Assembly: GCA_045542035.1 (NCBI GenBank)
Contig: JAZQKG010000089.1
Span: 1-50,405 of the forward strand
Source of the DNA: Eubacteriales bacterium
GTDB taxonomy: Bacteria; Bacillota; Clostridia; Oscillospirales; CAG-272
Length of the DNA stretch: 50,405 bases
Reading direction: 5' to 3'
The notes under the pieces were generated by a model. That model saw nothing but the letters and a program-made list of their open reading frames with translations, did not search any database and had not been told where the DNA came from. Within the stretch, counting starts at the first letter, position 1. Each line of letters starts with the position of its first letter. Below, piece after piece: positions 39,024 through 48,298 of this stretch. The position numbers were made by a program, and so were the translations under genes.

Positions 39024-39898
39024 TTTCCAAGAATATCTGAAAGATTATCCTGAATCTTTCTTGCAACGTCAGGCTTGTTCATAGAATATACGTGGACGTT
39101 TGTGACGTTATTTGCGTAAAGATCAATAATCTGATCGGTTGCATATGCGATTCCTGCCTGCATCATAGCTTTGGGATCGTGGCCGAATTTATCAACAAGA
39201 TTTACGAAGCGCCTTGGCATAAACGAGCCGGAAAGCTTGATTGCGCGCTCTATCTGATTTGAATTCGTGATAGGCATAATTCCCGGGATTACGGGAACAG
39301 TTATACCTGCCTCGCGAATTTTATATAGAAAATTATAGAGAAGATTGTTATCAAAAAACATCTGCGTGGTTAAAAAATCGCAACCTGCGTCAACTTTTTC
39401 TTTTAACTTTTTTATATCTTCCTTTTGATTTATGCTTTCCGGATGAACTTCGGGATAGCACGCTCCGCCAATGCAGAAGTTAGGGTTCGATTCTCTAAGC
39501 TCACGTATTAAATCTATCGCATGGGAATAATCCCATCCTGAACGGTCCTCGTCCTTAAGTGAATCGGGAATGTCACCTCTGAGCGCCATAACGTTTTCTA
39601 TTCCGTATTTTTTTATTTCACGAATTTTTTCGCTTACCCTTTTTTTAGTCGAGGAAACACAGGTAAGATGAGCGAGCGTCGGAACACCGTAAAGATCTTT
39701 TATGTTTTTTGCTATATCAAGCGTGTATCTGCTCGTGCCGCCGCCAGCTCCGTACGTGACGCTCATAAACGAAGGCTTGAGCTTAGCGATTTCCTCCGTA
39801 GCGGATTTTACGCTTTCAAAAACCGTTTCCGTCTTTGGAGGGAAAACCTCGAATGACATAGACAAAGTTTCACTTTTGAGTATATCCTTTATTTTCAT
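39020..39898 (-). CDS. metF: Methylenetetrahydrofolate reductase
   Basis: SFEVFPPK, SVTYGAGG, AHLTC, ALRGD, TQMFFD, PGIMPI, HVYSMN. Confidence 0.96.
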   Translation of the reverse strand: MKIKDILKSETLSMSFEVFPPKTETVFESVKSATEEIAKLKPSFMSVTYGAGGGTSRYTLDIAKNIKDLYGVPTLAHLTCVSSTKKRVSEKIREIKKYGIENVMALRGDIPDSLKDEDRSGWDYSHAIDLIRELRESNPNFCIGGACYPEVHPESINQKEDIKKLKEKVDAGCDFLTTQMFFDNNLLYNFLYKIREAGITVPVIPGIMPITNSNQIERAIKLSGSFMPRRFVNLVDKFGHDPKAMMQAGIAYATDQIIDLYANNVTNVHVYSMNKPDVARKIQDNLSDILGK

Positions 39899-39921
39899 CA
39901 AAAACACCTGCCTTTTTCTAT

Positions 39922-40014
39922 ATTATACTACTTGGAAAAATTAAAATCAATAGCTTGTAAATTTTTTTATATTTACACGTTTGTCTTGAATCAGAAAATG
40001 TTTTTTGGTATAAT
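39922..40014. promoter_or_regulatory. Divergent SigA promoters (metF leftward, Y-family polymerase rightward)
   Basis: Minus: TTGATT(39950-45)-N17-TATAAT(39927-22). Plus: TTGAAT(39986-91)-N17-TATAAT(40009-14). Confidence 0.7.
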
Positions 40015-40046
40015 AATTTCAGAAAGTAAATTTTAATGGAGGCGTA

Positions 40047-41579
40047 TTGATAGTGAAAGAAAAAACCTACGTTGCAATAGATTTGAAATCGTTTTACGCT
40101 TCCGTTGAATGTATTGAACGCGGACTCGATCCTATGACGACCAATCTTGTGGTAGCAGATAGGGAGAGAACTGAAAAAACCATCTGTCTCGCAGTTTCTC
40201 CACCGCTCAAAAGCTACGGTATACCGGGAAGAGCGAGGCTGTTTGAGGTAGTAAGCAAGGTCAGGGAGGCAAATTCTGTAAGACGGCGTAAGATAGGCGG
40301 CAGAAGATTTTCAGCAAAATCGGTAAATGCAGGTGAACTTCTTGAAAATCCAAGTCTTGAAATAGATTATATCACCGCGCCTCCGCGAATGGCTCTTTAT
40401 ATGGAATACAGTACGAGAATATATAAAGTATATCTGAAATACGTAGCGCCTGAGGATATACACGTATATTCAATAGACGAGGTTTTTATAGAAGCAACTC
40501 CTTATCTCAAAACGCTGGGAATCTGCGGCCGCGAATTCGCAAAAAGAATAATAAAGGATGTCATATCCTCAACCGGAATAACCGCAACGGCAGGAATTGG
40601 AACTAATATGTATCTTGCTAAGGTTGCAATGGATATCGTTGCAAAGCACGTGCCTGCGGACAGTGACGGCGTGAGAATCTCGGAGATTGACGAGATGTCG
40701 TACAGACGCCTTTTGTGGCGTCATAAGCCGATAACAGATTTCTGGCGAGTCGGAAAGGGCTATGAGCGTACACTCACCTCTCACGGACTTTACACCATGG
40801 GGGACATTGCAAGATGTTCGCTTGGAGATGACGGTTCATATTACAATGAGGATTTACTTTACAAGCTTTTTGGAGTAAACGCAGAGCTGCTTATAGATCA
40901 CGCATGGGGATTTGAGCCATGCACTATGGCGGATATAAAGGCGTACAAACCCGAATTTAACAGTATGGGGTCGGGGCAGGTGCTTCATTGCCCATATGAA
41001 TTTGAAAAGGCAAGAATCATAGCTCGTGAAATGGCAGATATGCTTGTTCTTGATCTTGTTGAAAAAAGACTTGTTACCGACAGTATTGCTTTAACAGTTG
41101 GATATGATATTGAAAACTTGACAGATAAAAGAATCAACTCCGAGTACAAAGGAGAAATAACGACCGATTATTACGGAAGACGTGTGCCAAAGCATGCTCA
41201 CGGCACTGCTTCTCTCGAGAAATATTCGTCGTCCGCCAAGGCGATAGTCGAGGCTGTTGATCAATTGTATCTAAGGATAGTCGATAAAAATCTTCTTATA
41301 AGAAGAATAAATATTACCGCAAACAGACTTATCGGGGAAGACGAAATAGCATCGGTTGCGGTGAAGGCCGAGCAGATCAGTGTTTTTGACATTGGAGAGG
41401 ATTTTGAAAAGCGTAAGGCTGATGAAGCAAGAATTTTGAAAAAAGAAAAAAAGAAACAAATGGCAATAATAGATATAAAGAAAAAGTTTGGAAAGAATGC
41501 GATTTTAAAAGGTATGAATTTTGAAGACGGAGCTACCGCAAAGGACCGTAATTCGCAAATCGGCGGTCATAAAGCGTAG
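40047..41579 (+). CDS. Y-family DNA polymerase (UmuC/YqjW-like)
   Basis: IDLKSFYASVEC, YSIDEVFI, TAGIGTNMYLAK, FWRVG, IKKKFGKNAILKG...IGGHKA. Confidence 0.93.
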   Translation: MIVKEKTYVAIDLKSFYASVECIERGLDPMTTNLVVADRERTEKTICLAVSPPLKSYGIPGRARLFEVVSKVREANSVRRRKIGGRRFSAKSVNAGELLENPSLEIDYITAPPRMALYMEYSTRIYKVYLKYVAPEDIHVYSIDEVFIEATPYLKTLGICGREFAKRIIKDVISSTGITATAGIGTNMYLAKVAMDIVAKHVPADSDGVRISEIDEMSYRRLLWRHKPITDFWRVGKGYERTLTSHGLYTMGDIARCSLGDDGSYYNEDLLYKLFGVNAELLIDHAWGFEPCTMADIKAYKPEFNSMGSGQVLHCPYEFEKARIIAREMADMLVLDLVEKRLVTDSIALTVGYDIENLTDKRINSEYKGEITTDYYGRRVPKHAHGTASLEKYSSSAKAIVEAVDQLYLRIVDKNLLIRRINITANRLIGEDEIASVAVKAEQISVFDIGEDFEKRKADEARILKKEKKKQMAIIDIKKKFGKNAILKGMNFEDGATAKDRNSQIGGHKA

Positions 41580-41592
41580 TCAGGGGTGAGTT

Positions 41593-42039
41593 ATGGATAA
41601 GCATGAAAATTCAGCATATGACGATATAATAAATCTCCCCTGTCCTGTTTCATCAAAGCATCCGAGAATGCCGATAGGTGACAGAGCGGCGCAGTTTTCT
41701 CCGTTTGCCGCGCTGGTTGGGTATGAGGATGCTATTACTGAAACGGGAAGAGTCACCGATGATAAGCATGAGCTTTCGGAGGAGGCAAAAACCGTTCTTG
41801 ATGAAAAACTTCGGATTATAATGAATTTAACCGAAGATTTGCCGATTTTAGAAATCACGTATTTTGTCGCGGATAAGCGGAAGAATGGCGGCTCATACGT
41901 AACGGTTATCGGACATATTAAAAGAATTGACGAATATAGGCGCAAGGTAATTATGGAAGATAAGACTGTAATTCCAATTGACGATATATTTGAGATTGAA
42001 GGGGATGCGCTAAATAGGTTTTACAAAAACGGTTTTTAG
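41593..42039 (+). CDS. YolD-like protein
   Basis: YDDIINLP..S.KHPRM...RAAQFSPFAAL.GY; directly downstream of the Y-family polymerase. Confidence 0.88.
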   Translation: MDKHENSAYDDIINLPCPVSSKHPRMPIGDRAAQFSPFAALVGYEDAITETGRVTDDKHELSEEAKTVLDEKLRIIMNLTEDLPILEITYFVADKRKNGGSYVTVIGHIKRIDEYRRKVIMEDKTVIPIDDIFEIEGDALNRFYKNGF

Positions 42040-42141
42040 ATGCTGCACAAAATATATATACAAAACTAACAAAAAATAAGAAGCTGTTGATTGAAAAAAA
42101 CTCTTTGTGTTATCATATAAAAACTCCAAGGGAGAATTATA

Positions 42142-42422
42142 TTGCGAGCGAAAAAAATACGTAACATATGAAGAATTCAGCGCTGCGGGAGACGTGCAAC
42201 CAAGGATTTTCTCGCAAAGCATCGCACGATTACGCGAATGAGAATGGGCTTCCCGTTATTGCGGACAGAAGCAAAACCTATTATATCTCGGAGACGAGAA
42301 TCAACGGAAAGGTAGAGTTTGCAGTAATTAAAACTGACGTAGACTGGAACGGAACCATTAGCGTTAAAAACTGCACCCTTGAAAACACCGATTTCTCCGG
42401 ATACGACGAGGGGTGTTCCTGA
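42142..42422 (+). pseudogene. Frameshifted, truncated remnant of a parallel beta-helix (pectin-lyase-fold) carbohydrate enzyme
   Basis: Across three frames: KYVTYEEFSAAGD / ATKDFLA / KASHDYANENGLPVIADRSKTYYI, matching the V.DFGA.GDG.TDD..AI N-terminal motif. Confidence 0.55.
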
Positions 42423-42445
42423 TTTTGAATAAAATAATATAGAAA

Positions 42446-42482
42446 AAGCGGGTAGCTCAATTCAAAAATGAGCTACCCGCTT
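42446..42482. terminator. Terminator-like hairpin
   Basis: AAGCGGGTAGCTCA...TGAGCTACCCGCTT. Confidence 0.7.
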
Positions 42483-42618
42483 ATGCATTAAGGGGGGAAG
42501 GGGAATTTTGAGCGAAAATCTTCGTTCTTTAAGGCGAGAATCGTACGAAAGTACGATTTTATTTTCAGTAATTTTCGGTTACGTCTAAATGCGCCATCAC
42601 CTTTTTTGACTAAGCAGT

Positions 42619-43089
42619 TCAATCCATATAAACCTTTTTCATTCTGACGGCAATTTTCGGTCTATCGTTATAGTCGGTGGGAATTGAAGCTATTTCGTCA
42701 ACAGCGTCCATACCCGAAATAACCTTACCGAATGCCGCGTACTGACCGTCAAGGTGCGGAGCGTCGTCGTGCATAATAAAGAACTGCGATGAAGCAGAGT
42801 TAGGGTCAAAGGCGCGAGCCATGGAAATAACGCCGCGTTCGTGCTTTATTGGGTTGTTGTGTCCGTTTGCGCGGAATTCGCCCTTTATGTTCTTCTCGGC
42901 ACCGCCCATACCGTTTCCGAGAGGGTCTCCGCCCTGAATCATAAAACCCGGAATAATTCTATGAAAGGTAAGTCCGTTATAAAATCCCCGCTTTACGAGA
43001 GCTTCAAAGTTTTTGACTGTTTCGGGAGCTGCTTCGGGATAAAGCTCGAGTTCAATTTTTTGACCGTTTTCCATTTCAATGATTACCAT
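42619..43089 (-). CDS. ppiB: Cyclophilin-type peptidyl-prolyl isomerase
   Basis: FHRIIPGFMIQGGDP, SMAR, SQFFI, HLDGQYAAFGKV. Confidence 0.95.
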   Translation of the reverse strand: MVIIEMENGQKIELELYPEAAPETVKNFEALVKRGFYNGLTFHRIIPGFMIQGGDPLGNGMGGAEKNIKGEFRANGHNNPIKHERGVISMARAFDPNSASSQFFIMHDDAPHLDGQYAAFGKVISGMDAVDEIASIPTDYNDRPKIAVRMKKVYMD

Positions 43090-43164
43090 TTTTTGTTCTC
43101 CTATAATAAAAAATTGTTAAGTTGACTATAATTTATATAATGAATGTTTTTGGGGTTCTCTAAA

Positions 43165-44217
43165 ATGAATAAAGAGAAAATAGAATATTATTCTCATTTA
43201 ACTATTACAGTCGTTGGAATTATGGTTTTGCTATACGTGTTCTTTCGATATCTTCTTTTTGTTACATTGCCTTTTTTAATATCGTGGGCGGTTGCTTTTT
43301 CAATACGGCCGTTAGCTATTAAAATTTCCTCGGGAACACGTATCCCGTGTAAAGTAATCAGCACCGCTCTTACGGTTCTTATTGTTCTAGGCGGTATTGC
43401 TGTCATAGTAAGCGCTGTCGCGTATGCGGTTGGTGAAGCATGGGAATTTCTTTCGGATGCGCGCGATAGCGGAGTTCTGTATAACGTTCTTGATAAAATA
43501 ATGAATCCGATAAGCGGAATTCTTGGCGATAAAGAGGGAGCGGAAGAACTTGAGAGTCATATAAGCGAGGCTGTCAGCGGAATGCTGACGTCACTGCTAT
43601 CGGGAATTGTCGGTGGACTCACTTCATTTATTACATCGGTTCCAAAGGCTCTTATTTTCGTGCTTGTAACCGTAATATCATCAATATATTTTTCCCTTGA
43701 CCTTGAAAATATAAATGCGTTTGTAAAAAACAAGCTACCTAAAAAGGCATCTTTGTGGCTTGTGAATTTTAAAAATAAGTTTTTGAAAACTATGATAAAA
43801 TATCTTCGTTCCTACGCAATTATAATGCTCATGACCTTTATAATAATGCTTTTCGGTTTCCTCATTTTAGGAATAAAATACGCTGTTCTTTTTGCTTTTA
43901 TCGTGGCGCTGCTTGATGCGTTGCCTCTTATCGGCGTTGGAACTGTTCTCGTTCCTTGGAGCGTATACCAGATCGTTTTCGGGAATACACGGCTCGGTAT
44001 AGGCCTTGTTATTCTTTTTATAACACATGCGGTCACAAGACAATTCATAGAGCCTAAGATTGTGGGGAAGAATCTTGGAATTCATCCCGTTATAAGCTTA
44101 ATACTTTTGTACGTCGGATATTGCTTCTTTGGATTTATGGGACTATTTTTAATACCGCTTCTTACCGTAGCTATAAATATTTTAATAAACAAAGATGATT
44201 CGTCCGAGGTCTCGTAA
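43165..44217 (+). CDS. ytvI: Sporulation integral membrane protein YtvI (AI-2E family)
   Basis: LPFLISW, LDALPLIGVGTVLVPW, RQFIEPKIVGKNLGIHP. Confidence 0.88.
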   Translation: MNKEKIEYYSHLTITVVGIMVLLYVFFRYLLFVTLPFLISWAVAFSIRPLAIKISSGTRIPCKVISTALTVLIVLGGIAVIVSAVAYAVGEAWEFLSDARDSGVLYNVLDKIMNPISGILGDKEGAEELESHISEAVSGMLTSLLSGIVGGLTSFITSVPKALIFVLVTVISSIYFSLDLENINAFVKNKLPKKASLWLVNFKNKFLKTMIKYLRSYAIIMLMTFIIMLFGFLILGIKYAVLFAFIVALLDALPLIGVGTVLVPWSVYQIVFGNTRLGIGLVILFITHAVTRQFIEPKIVGKNLGIHPVISLILLYVGYCFFGFMGLFLIPLLTVAINILINKDDSSEVS

Positions 44218-44895
44218 CGGCTCGTCTGAAAGTGAGATGGGTATGAAATTTTCCTGCTTTATTGCTTGTAATATAATATCGCTGTCACGGTGAGTTTTAA
44301 TGTCTCCGAGAAAATAAACCTCATTTTTATATACTCCTGACGCGCCCCCTATAAAGCCGTATTCATGAGGGGGAAGGGAAATGTCTCCGTCGTTAATTGC
44401 GGTAACGTTTATTCCCCGCTGCGCGAGCGCTTTTTGCATACCCCTGTCAGCCGTTATTGCCGAATTTCCAAATGCTAAAACGGTGCAGGCGGGATATCCT
44501 TGCTTAACGGAAATAATTTTAAGTCCCAAGCTTTTAGAAAAATCCTTAACTGCTAAAGACGCGGTGTCTTCTTTTAAGAAAATAAGATTTCCAACCGTCA
44601 GCGCATTGAATATCGCGTCGTTAGGATATTTTTCTGAAATATATTCATCACAAAAGGTAATATCGGTATTAGGCGCAAGCTCTCTAATATCAGAAAATAG
44701 ATATGGAAAGGCTTCGCAATATTCTACGCTTGAAATAATTCTGTTTCCGATTTTTGCCATAAGCATATCCGGATGGCTTGAGAGAGCCGCCGGTAGCTTT
44801 TTGAAAGGGGGGCATTTTATAACTTGGAAGCCATGTTTGATTAACCCTCTTTCACACTTTTCGGATATTCTTTCATCAACTATAGCGCATTTCAT
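44182..44895 (-). CDS. Conserved Clostridia protein (DUF6873-like, GME/pentein-type fold)
   Basis: SHPDM, YPND..FN, VKQGY..C, ITAD.G, I.L....YGFIGGASG, L.D.G motifs. Confidence 0.7.
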   Translation of the reverse strand: MKCAIVDERISEKCERGLIKHGFQVIKCPPFKKLPAALSSHPDMLMAKIGNRIISSVEYCEAFPYLFSDIRELAPNTDITFCDEYISEKYPNDAIFNALTVGNLIFLKEDTASLAVKDFSKSLGLKIISVKQGYPACTVLAFGNSAITADRGMQKALAQRGINVTAINDGDISLPPHEYGFIGGASGVYKNEVYFLGDIKTHRDSDIILQAIKQENFIPISLSDEPLRDLGRIIFVY

Positions 44896-44906
44896 ATTGT
44901 ATAATT

Positions 44907-44937
44907 AAAAAACTCCGCACCTAAGCGGAGTTTTTTT
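44907..44937 (-). terminator. rpmB terminator
   Basis: AAAAAACTCCGC-ACCTAA-GCGGAGTTTTTT. Confidence 0.85.
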
Positions 44938-44941
44938 GACC

Positions 44942-45127
44942 TTAAGCGCGCTCGATCTTTCCGGAACGAAGGCAACGGGAGCAAACGTAAACGGAACAGT
45001 TAGTACCGTTAACTACTGCCTTTACCTTACGGATGTTGGGCTTCCAGGTTCTGTTGGTCTTACGGTTAGAGTGGGAAACGTTGTGTCCAAAGGTAACGCC
45101 CTTACCGCAAATGCTACATTTAGCCAT
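44942..45127 (-). CDS. rpmB: 50S ribosomal protein L28 (Zn-binding form)
   Basis: MAKCSICGK..FGHNVSHSNRKTNRTWKPN...VCSRCLRSGK. Confidence 0.98.
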   Translation of the reverse strand: MAKCSICGKGVTFGHNVSHSNRKTNRTWKPNIRKVKAVVNGTNCSVYVCSRCLRSGKIERA

Positions 45128-45258
45128 ATTGACACCTCCTAAAATCTCGCCACGGAGGACGGAATTTTATATAAATTTATTTGTTAGCACAAATTGACGA
45201 AATACATTATAACATATAATTTTGAAAAAAGCAAGAGTTTTTTTATTTTTTCTGATAC

Positions 45259-46059
45259 TTATTTTCCAAGGGTAAGAGTTTTTTGGTATGCCGCTCTTAC
45301 CGCGTTTGCCGCAGACGCTCTGAAAGCGCCCTCTTCAAGCGCGTGAACACCCGCTATTGTGCTTCCGCCGGGACTGCATACGGCATCCTTAAGCTCACCT
45401 GGGTGTTTGCTGCTTGCTTTTACGGTTTCTGCAGCTCCTATAAGCGTTTCGCAAGCGTAGAGAAGCGCCTTATCACGCGGAAGTCCGCATTCAACTCCGC
45501 CGTCAGCAAGAGCTTCTATAAACATATATACGAATGCGGGACCGCATCCGGAAACAGCCGATGCGGCATCTATAAGCTTTTCGGGAATTGTGTCAAGTCT
45601 TCCCGAATACTCCATAATTCTCTCAAATCCCTCGGCAATTTCGTCGGTGACATTTTCATTTTTACACCATAAGGTCATTCCTTTGCCCACACCTACGGGT
45701 ATGTTTGGCATTATTCTTATGACGGGAAGCCCGCTAATCGAAAACGCTTTTTCAATTGCTTCAACCGAAACGCCGGCAGCCATACTTACGATTGCGAAGT
45801 TTTTGCGTCCGGAAGCAGTCCTTGATATTTCCGCAGCCGCAGCTTTTATAATGTTGGGCTTTACCGCGAGAAAAATGTAATCACATTCCTTTGCTATATA
45901 TTCGTTAGATTTAAATTCAGCTCCGATTTCTTCCGCAGCTTTCTTTGCTTTATCTTCGTCTTTGTCATAAAGATAAACATTGGTATCGTTACTCTTTGCA
46001 GCTGCCTTTGCAAGAGCGGAGCCCATGTTCCCGGCTCCTATAAATCCAACCTTGACCAT
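45259..46059 (-). CDS. proC: Pyrroline-5-carboxylate reductase
   Basis: GFIGAGNMG, LAVKP, RIMPN, SGCGPA, VCSPGGSTI. Confidence 0.96.
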   Translation of the reverse strand: MVKVGFIGAGNMGSALAKAAAKSNDTNVYLYDKDEDKAKKAAEEIGAEFKSNEYIAKECDYIFLAVKPNIIKAAAAEISRTASGRKNFAIVSMAAGVSVEAIEKAFSISGLPVIRIMPNIPVGVGKGMTLWCKNENVTDEIAEGFERIMEYSGRLDTIPEKLIDAASAVSGCGPAFVYMFIEALADGGVECGLPRDKALLYACETLIGAAETVKASSKHPGELKDAVCSPGGSTIAGVHALEEGAFRASAANAVRAAYQKTLTLGK

Positions 46060-46079
46060 AATAATCTCCAATCTGTCGT

Positions 46080-47330
46080 TTAACGGATTTGTCCGTTTCC
46101 GTGAATTATATATTTGTAGGTAGTAAGCTCTTCAATACCGAGAGGGCCTCTCGCGTGCATTTTCTGGGTCGATATACCCATCTCGCAACCGAGTCCGAAT
46201 TCACCTCCGTCGGTAAATCTTGTCGAAGCGTTAACGTACACAGCGGCGCTGTCGGTATTCATCGTAAAATAATCGGCAGCTTTATCGTTTTCCGTGATTA
46301 TCGCCTCGCTGTGCTGAGTCGAATGCTCAAGTATATGAGATACTGCGTCTTCAACGGAACCGACGATTCCAACTGCAAGAATGTAATCGAGATACTCGGT
46401 GTCAAATCCGTCGTCGCCAAGAGGGGATGCGTTAATAATTTTTAATGCTTCCTTATCGCATCTTAGTTCTACCGGGTTAGTTTTTCTTTCGTCCGTAAGC
46501 TTAGCTTTAAGCAGGGGAAGGAATTCTTTCGCTATATCCTTGTGAACAAGACAAACCTCAGCCGCATTGCAAACCGAAGGACGGCTTGTTTTTGCATTTT
46601 CAATAATCTTAATAGCTTTATTTAAATCGGCATCCTTATCTACGTAAATATGGCATATTCCCGTGCCTGTTTCGAGGCAGGGAACGGTTGCGTTTTCAAC
46701 ACAGGCGGATATAAGTCCTTTGCCTCCTCTCGGGATGAGCAGGTCGATATATCCTTTAGCCTTCATAAGCTCGTTTGCGCTATCTCTTGTGATGTCGCTT
46801 ACAAGCTGCACGGCGCTTTTTGGCAGTCCTGCGAGCGAAAGTCCCTCTTCAAGCGCGTCAACGATAGCTCTTGCGGAATTGTACGCCTCTTTTCCTCCGC
46901 GCAGAATGCATACGTTGCCGCTTTTTAAGGCGAGAGCCGCCGCATCAGAGGTAACGTTCGGTCTGCTTTCGTAAATTATTGCTATAACGCCAATTGGAAC
47001 AGAGACTTTATCTATAACGAGCCCGTTTGGGCGAACCGTTTCTTTCAAAGTTTTTCCAAGCGGTGAGGGAAGCTTTGCTATTTCCCGTATTCCGTCAGCC
47101 ATTGCTGAGATTCTTGACTCGGTAAGCGTCAGCCTGTCTATCATTACGGGTGATATCTTATCCTTCGCAAGCTCAATATCTTTTGTATTTTCCGCAAGTA
47201 TTTTTTGTGTGTTACAGACCAGCGCGTCAGCCATTTTGAGAAGAGCTTCATTTATCTTTTTATCGTTTACGCCGCGAATGGCTTTGACGGTTTCTTTTGC
47301 GGTTATAAGAATTCTTTTTGTTGATGTCAT
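46080..47330 (-). CDS. proA: Gamma-glutamyl phosphate reductase
   Basis: IYESRPNVT, SVCNAAE, NASTRFTDG..FGLG.E.GISTQKMHARGP. Confidence 0.97.
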   Translation of the reverse strand: MTSTKRILITAKETVKAIRGVNDKKINEALLKMADALVCNTQKILAENTKDIELAKDKISPVMIDRLTLTESRISAMADGIREIAKLPSPLGKTLKETVRPNGLVIDKVSVPIGVIAIIYESRPNVTSDAAALALKSGNVCILRGGKEAYNSARAIVDALEEGLSLAGLPKSAVQLVSDITRDSANELMKAKGYIDLLIPRGGKGLISACVENATVPCLETGTGICHIYVDKDADLNKAIKIIENAKTSRPSVCNAAEVCLVHKDIAKEFLPLLKAKLTDERKTNPVELRCDKEALKIINASPLGDDGFDTEYLDYILAVGIVGSVEDAVSHILEHSTQHSEAIITENDKAADYFTMNTDSAAVYVNASTRFTDGGEFGLGCEMGISTQKMHARGPLGIEELTTYKYIIHGNGQIR

Positions 47331-47334
47331 AATT

Positions 47335-48105
47335 TTATTTCTTCTTTGCGTGGAATTTTGTTCCGACGGATTCACCGTCTGCAATTTTATAAAGAAGCTC
47401 GGGGTATGCTCCGTTTGCTATTATCATATCGCATCCCGCCTCGGTTGCTATTTTTGCGGCTTTGATTTTTGTGTACATTCCGCCGGTTCCGAGATTTGAG
47501 CCTGCGCCCCCACCAAGAGCTTCTATTTCGTGAGTGATGCTTTCAACGGCTGGGATAAGTTCTGCGTTCTTATCCTTATGAGGATCGCCTGTATAGAGTC
47601 CGTCTATATCCGAGAGCAGTATAAGCAAATCGGCAGAAACACCTTCGGCAACGAGCGCCGCGAGAGTATCGTTATCTCCGAATTCAATTTCCTCGGTTGC
47701 GACGGTATCGTTTTCGTTTATGATGGGGAGAACACCAAATTCAAGAAGCCTAGTCACCGTTGCCTCGAATTTTTTGTGCCTATCCTCACACTTTAGGTCG
47801 GGAGCAGTAAGGAGTATCTGAGCTACCGTGCGGTTGTGCGTTCCGAATTCTTTATCATATATATACATAAGCTCGCACTGTCCGACAGCAGCGGCAGCCT
47901 GTTTTCCTGCGATATCATTAGGCCGCTCCTTGAGATTAAGCTTTCCGACACCCATTCCTATAGCTCCCGAGGAAACAAGTATTACTTGATTTCCCGCATT
48001 CATAAGGTCTGCGACGATTTTACACAGTGATTCAATTCTGCGGATGTTTACGCATCCGTTCTGGTATGTAAGGGTAGATGTTCCTATTTTTATAACGATT
48101 TTCAT
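47335..48105 (-). CDS. proB: Glutamate 5-kinase (no PUA domain)
   Basis: KIGTSTL, VSSGAI, AAVGQ, INENDTV, FGDNDTL, GTGGM.TK. Confidence 0.96.
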   Translation of the reverse strand: MKIVIKIGTSTLTYQNGCVNIRRIESLCKIVADLMNAGNQVILVSSGAIGMGVGKLNLKERPNDIAGKQAAAAVGQCELMYIYDKEFGTHNRTVAQILLTAPDLKCEDRHKKFEATVTRLLEFGVLPIINENDTVATEEIEFGDNDTLAALVAEGVSADLLILLSDIDGLYTGDPHKDKNAELIPAVESITHEIEALGGGAGSNLGTGGMYTKIKAAKIATEAGCDMIIANGAYPELLYKIADGESVGTKFHAKKK

Positions 48106-48233
48106 TTTTTCGTTCCTCTGTAAAACTTGTATATGATGTAAGTGATATGTACACCGAGCGAATCGATAACGGTTGCCCGTGAGCTGAGACTGTCAATGAT
48201 AGGCGCCTTGAAAATGGGAAATAATATATATTG

Positions 48234-48262
48234 ATTTTAACACATCAATTGCTTAAATTCAA
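48234..48262 (-). promoter_or_regulatory. proBAC promoter
   Basis: TTGAAT-N17-TAAAAT with extended TG. Confidence 0.6.
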
Positions 48263-48298
48263 TAGTTTTAATAAAACAAATTATATGGTTTTGTTATC

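Noticed and set aside
45185-45211. CIRCE element (TTAGCAC) upstream of rpmB
   Set aside because: Only a partial half-site; the GAGTGCTAA arm is absent.
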